From positions 192,001 to 219,181 of the forward strand of contig JAEUJZ010000076.1 of assembly GCA_016794505.1 (NCBI GenBank): a stretch of DNA of 27,181 bases, read 5' to 3'. Below the pieces are notes generated by a model. It was not told the DNA's origin, did not search any database, and saw only the letters and a list, made by a program, of their open reading frames with translations. The first letter of the stretch is position 1; the number at the start of each line of letters is the position of its first letter. This DNA is from Myxococcales bacterium (GTDB taxonomy: Bacteria > Myxococcota_A > Polyangia > Palsa-1104 > JAEUJZ01). Below are positions 24,489 to 27,181 of the stretch, piece by piece. The position numbers and the translations under genes were made by a program.

Positions 24489-25235
24489 ATGGCCTCGAAA
24501 CAAGTCCTCGATCGACAGAAACTGACGAGCCTCGTCGTCGCCGCCGGGCAGAGCCATGGCGCCCTGATCGCGCAGCGCCTGGGCGACACGCTCTTGCCCT
24601 ACGTCAAGCGCGGCGAGACGCTGCCTGACCTCAAGCTCGTGTCCGATCTCTGTCTGCGCTGGCTGTCCGACGCCGAGTCCACGCTCGTCGCAGCCGATCT
24701 CGCCCACGAGCGCGAGCTGGCCGATGACTCGGAACCGCGCCGCCGCCGCGATGAGCACGCCGCCGCCCTGCGCGAGCAGCTCATCGACCTGCGCGATCTC
24801 GTCAGCGCGCTGTATGGAACCGATGCCACCCTCGCCCTGGGCATGTCCGGCGAGACCCCCACCGACGCCGTGGCCCTGTCGCGTCAGGGTAAGAACGTCC
24901 TTTTGGCCCTCGCTAGCGTGCGCCTGCCCAAGCCGCGCCGTCGCGGTGCCGAGCTTTCCCCCAAAGAGATCGAGGCCGAGCTAAAGCCCGCCGTAGCCGC
25001 CCTCGATCAGGCGCTCGCCGACGTCGCCCGCGAGTCCCGCGAGGCCCAAGCGACCCTGGCCGCCCGCGACACCGCCTGGGCTGAATTCGAGCGCCGCTAC
25101 AGCGCCACCACCGCCGTCCTCGCCGCCCTCCTCGCTGCAGCCGGCGAGACCGCCCTCTCTGAAAAGCTGCGCCCCAGCGCCGGCCGCAAGCCGCAACCCC
25201 AGCCCGAACCCGAGCCCGCCCCCGCCCCCACCTAA
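24489..25235 (+). CDS. Hypothetical acidic, predominantly helical protein with a C-terminal PQPEPEPAPAP low-complexity tail
   Basis: AAGGAGGG lies 5 nt upstream of the ATG. The product is 248 aa with no TM segment and no recognisable motif. It is divergent from the sigma-54 EBP gene. Confidence 0.55.
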   Translation: MASKQVLDRQKLTSLVVAAGQSHGALIAQRLGDTLLPYVKRGETLPDLKLVSDLCLRWLSDAESTLVAADLAHERELADDSEPRRRRDEHAAALREQLIDLRDLVSALYGTDATLALGMSGETPTDAVALSRQGKNVLLALASVRLPKPRRRGAELSPKEIEAELKPAVAALDQALADVARESREAQATLAARDTAWAEFERRYSATTAVLAALLAAAGETALSEKLRPSAGRKPQPQPEPEPAPAPT

Positions 25236-25296
25236 CAGCCCCCAGCCAAGCCTTCCTTACATGTAGGGAAAGCTCCCCGAAACGCCTGTTCTAAAT

Positions 25297-25492
25297 TAAA
25301 ACGCGCGCTCCAAGCCCTCCCAAACGCCTCCCAAAATTTACGACGCCCCCGAAAAGCCCTGCCAAACGCCCCCAAAAACTCAGAACACCCGCTCCAACCC
25401 CTCCCGAGCGCCTCCCAAAATTTCCGACCCCCCCAAAAAACCCTTCCGACCCCCCCAAGACATACGACGCCCCCAAAAACCCCTTCCGATCC
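25297..25492. repeat. Duplicated ~90-100-bp C/A-rich element (the plus strand is C-rich and G-poor; the minus strand carries G4-G7 tracts) in a convergent intergenic gap
   Basis: The two copies share cgctccaa[g/c]ccctccc[aaac/gagc]gcctcccaaaattt[a/c]cgac... and acgacgccccc[g]aaaa[g]ccc. On the minus strand the runs GGGGGG, GGGG, GGGGG, GGGGGGG, GGG and GGGGGGG are closely spaced. Confidence 0.8.
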
Positions 25493-25521
25493 CCCCGCTT
25501 TAGAGCATGTTCAAGCTCCGG

Positions 25522-25866
25522 CTAGATGTGCTTCACATTCGCGCCCGCCTCGCGCGCATCCAGCTCTGTCTGCACGCGATCCAGCAAGGTCTGCAGCCAC
25601 TGCCGCTGCTCCGCTTCGGTGACGAGGTAGCGGTTGGCGTTGGTCGCGATCAGTCGCAGCGGCAATTCATGTTGGCCCAGAAAACGCTGAGCATCTGCTA
25701 GCACCTTCACTATCCAGCTTGGATCGTATTCCAGAACCGCTTGTTGCGTAATCTCCGCGTCCGTCTGGCCATCGTCGGGATCAGCGAACAACGCCAACAG
25801 GGTGGACAAACTTCGGTACTCCTCAAAGAATCGCTTTTCCTCATTTGAGGTAGGCCGTGAGGACAT
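25522..25866 (-). CDS. Small hypothetical protein (114 aa), third gene of the putative toxin/immunity module
   Basis: A strong RBS (AAGGAGG) lies 6 nt upstream of the ATG at 25866. The product is acidic and helical (…LADAQRFLGQHELPLRLIATNANRYLVTEAEQRQWLQTLLDRV). No family was recognised. Confidence 0.55.
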   Translation of the reverse strand: MSSRPTSNEEKRFFEEYRSLSTLLALFADPDDGQTDAEITQQAVLEYDPSWIVKVLADAQRFLGQHELPLRLIATNANRYLVTEAEQRQWLQTLLDRVQTELDAREAGANVKHI

Positions 25867-25948
25867 AGAAGCCTCCTTGCAAGTCTCGCTCTAGAACCAC
25901 CTTCGCCACAGTGTGCGGCGTTGCCCGCAGCGACCCGTTGCCGAGCCC

Positions 25949-26575
25949 TCAAAACCAGTGCGCCGCTTCCTCCGCCGGCACGAGCGGGCAATTCAACAGC
26001 CCATTCTCCTCGACGAACCGCTTGAAGTGCTCGTCGACCAGCACCTCGCCAAAGCCGCGCACCGTGCAGATGTTTTCGCGTGGTTCTTCTTCCAGCACGA
26101 TCCGCTCCCAGCCTTTCTTGATTCCGCCCTCGCGGCACACGTCACATGGCGGCGATGGTGGCTCCACCCACTGCATGCCTGAGGCCACAAAATCGAGCGC
26201 CGCCTGCGAGCGCTGCGCCACGACGCGGAAGTACGCGGGCGGTGCGTCCTTGAAGCGCTTGCCACGCCGCACCACCTTCACGATCTCCACCGGCTCAAAT
26301 CCTTCCAAACCAATCAATCCCGACTTCAGCCACAGATCTTTGAAGCGCTCGCTGATCAGGATGCTCTCGCCAGGACCAAAGGCCATGTCGCCGAAGCGCT
26401 TGCCCCAGGTTTCTAGCTCGGCGCGCAGAGGGGGTGCCCAACGAAACATTCCGATCGGCCCGCCACAGGCCAGGCAGTTTGGCCCATCACTCACGTTATG
26501 CGGGTCTGCCTGGATAAAATCCGTCGTCGCCGCATAGCTGGGGTCGGTATGCTTCAGCAGATAGATCTTCTTCAT
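25949..26575 (-). CDS. Double-CxxC-motif protein (208 aa) resembling the myxobacterial 'double-CXXCG' paralogous family; candidate immunity or Zn-ribbon protein
   Basis: Two Cys pairs are present, NCLACGGP (CxxCG) and CDVCREGG (CxxC). The ATG overlaps the upstream gene's TGA (ATGA at 26572-26575). The family assignment is from memory of the TIGRFAM description, not from a search. Confidence 0.6.
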   Translation of the reverse strand: MKKIYLLKHTDPSYAATTDFIQADPHNVSDGPNCLACGGPIGMFRWAPPLRAELETWGKRFGDMAFGPGESILISERFKDLWLKSGLIGLEGFEPVEIVKVVRRGKRFKDAPPAYFRVVAQRSQAALDFVASGMQWVEPPSPPCDVCREGGIKKGWERIVLEEEPRENICTVRGFGEVLVDEHFKRFVEENGLLNCPLVPAEEAAHWF

Positions 26576-27181
26576 TTCGACTGCTCTCTCTGGATGGCTT
26601 CAAACCCGTTGGGGAAGCGCTGCTTCAGCTCGGGACGCTCATATAGCGAGCGTAGATACGCCTCGAAGTTCTCCGGTGTCGCTTTCCTGTTGTCATAGAT
26701 CCACTTCGAAATCTCCTCATCGAGTTCGCGGTGCCAGCTTTGGTACCCGCGGTGTGCGTCGTCATCTCCTGCGCGCAGCACAAAACGCGGATCCCGCGGT
26801 TGATATCGGCCGCGCAAGATGCGGTGCTCTTCTAGTGCGCGATGCACCCGCCGCGAGATCGCGTGATGCATCTGCCCTGGTTTTAACGGCGCATCGATGT
26901 GCTCTGCGATACTCGGCTTGGTGCGCAGCGGTCCGCGGCCGCCGAGCTTGCCCAAGAACGGCAACAACAACTGCGCGCCCTGCGCCTCGGGATTGCACGT
27001 GATCTCGCGATAGATCTGCATCCCGAGCACGGCGGCACGACCGCCGAAGTCGTCATTCGCAACGACGGCAGCCCAGCCTGCATCAATGCCCTGCGGAATC
27101 GGATCGAGCTTCCCTTCGCACAGCTTCGGATCCGGCTCATGGCGCATCAAGCCGTCGACGTAGTCGAGGACGGCTTTGTGC
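26572..27181 (-). CDS. C-terminal ~200 aa of a larger protein (the gene continues past the window end); His-rich motifs suggest an HNH/EndoVII-fold (AHH-like) nuclease toxin domain
   Basis: The frame stays open to the window edge (...HKAVLDYVDGLMRHEPDPK...). Motifs are GQMHHAISRRVHRALEEH (xHHxI...H...H), DDAHRGYQSWHRELDEEISKW and the tail ATPENFEAYLRSLYERPELKQ. No signal peptide is visible in this part. Confidence 0.45.
   Translation of the reverse strand, partial: HKAVLDYVDGLMRHEPDPKLCEGKLDPIPQGIDAGWAAVVANDDFGGRAAVLGMQIYREITCNPEAQGAQLLLPFLGKLGGRGPLRTKPSIAEHIDAPLKPGQMHHAISRRVHRALEEHRILRGRYQPRDPRFVLRAGDDDAHRGYQSWHRELDEEISKWIYDNRKATPENFEAYLRSLYERPELKQRFPNGFEAIQREQSK

Noticed and set aside
25291-25476. 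61-aa Gly-rich repeat ORF (FGGVGNFGRRSGG...) on the minus strand
   Set aside because: Its repeats simply mirror the C-rich DNA duplication. It has no RBS and lies in a convergent gap, so I treat it as a non-coding repeat element rather than a peptide gene.
25236-25500. Possible CRISPR array, given the repetitive region
   Set aside because: There are only two diverged long copies, no regular short repeat/spacer periodicity, and no cas genes nearby.

Overview
This 27.2-kb window is high-GC (roughly 68-70%) bacterial chromosomal DNA. Several gene families point to a myxobacterial-type (Myxococcota-like) genome: a PEGA-domain protein, an FHA-domain sigma-54 activator, a 7TM-receptor Ser/Thr kinase, a double-CxxC protein and a STAND-WD40 NTPase remnant. 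The lineage call is inference only.

The left third (1-9.5 kb) is core nucleotide metabolism. A contiguous minus-strand purine operon, purC-purS-purQ-purL-purF-purM-purN, is translationally coupled through ATGA-type overlaps; purN runs off the left edge. It is divergently paired with a plus-strand pyrimidine operon pyrD-pyrF-pyrE.

The middle (9.5-20.4 kb) looks accessory. It holds:
- a small FG-GAP-like gene fragment in a 650-bp gap
- a divergent SDR oxidoreductase/LysR-regulator pair with a TTGA-N9-TCAA dyad
- an LVIVD-like repeat membrane protein
- a degraded STAND (NACHT-like) NTPase-WD40 gene broken by two frameshifts and truncated after one WD40 repeat
- a strikingly AT-rich ~0.5-kb spacer
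- a small secreted or lipoprotein gene ending in a 15-bp coding tandem repeat, followed by 3 x 25-bp non-coding tandem repeats and a hairpin
- a two-gene minus-strand operon encoding a PEGA-domain membrane protein and a 728-aa lipoprotein with multiple FG-GAP (integrin-alpha-like beta-propeller) repeats

The right part (20.4-27.2 kb) holds:
- a 7TMR-DISM-type receptor fused to a Ser/Thr kinase
- a convergent FHA-domain sigma-54 enhancer-binding protein
- an acidic helical hypothetical protein
- a ~200-bp duplicated C-rich (G-tract-rich on the other strand) intergenic element
- a three-gene minus-strand module that looks like a polymorphic-toxin C-terminal domain (HNH/AHH-like His motifs), overlapping by 4 nt with a double-CxxC protein, plus a further small protein; the toxin gene runs off the right edge

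No rRNA, tRNA, CRISPR array or transposase was seen. All functional calls rest on motif recognition by eye in the supplied translations. No database searches were run.
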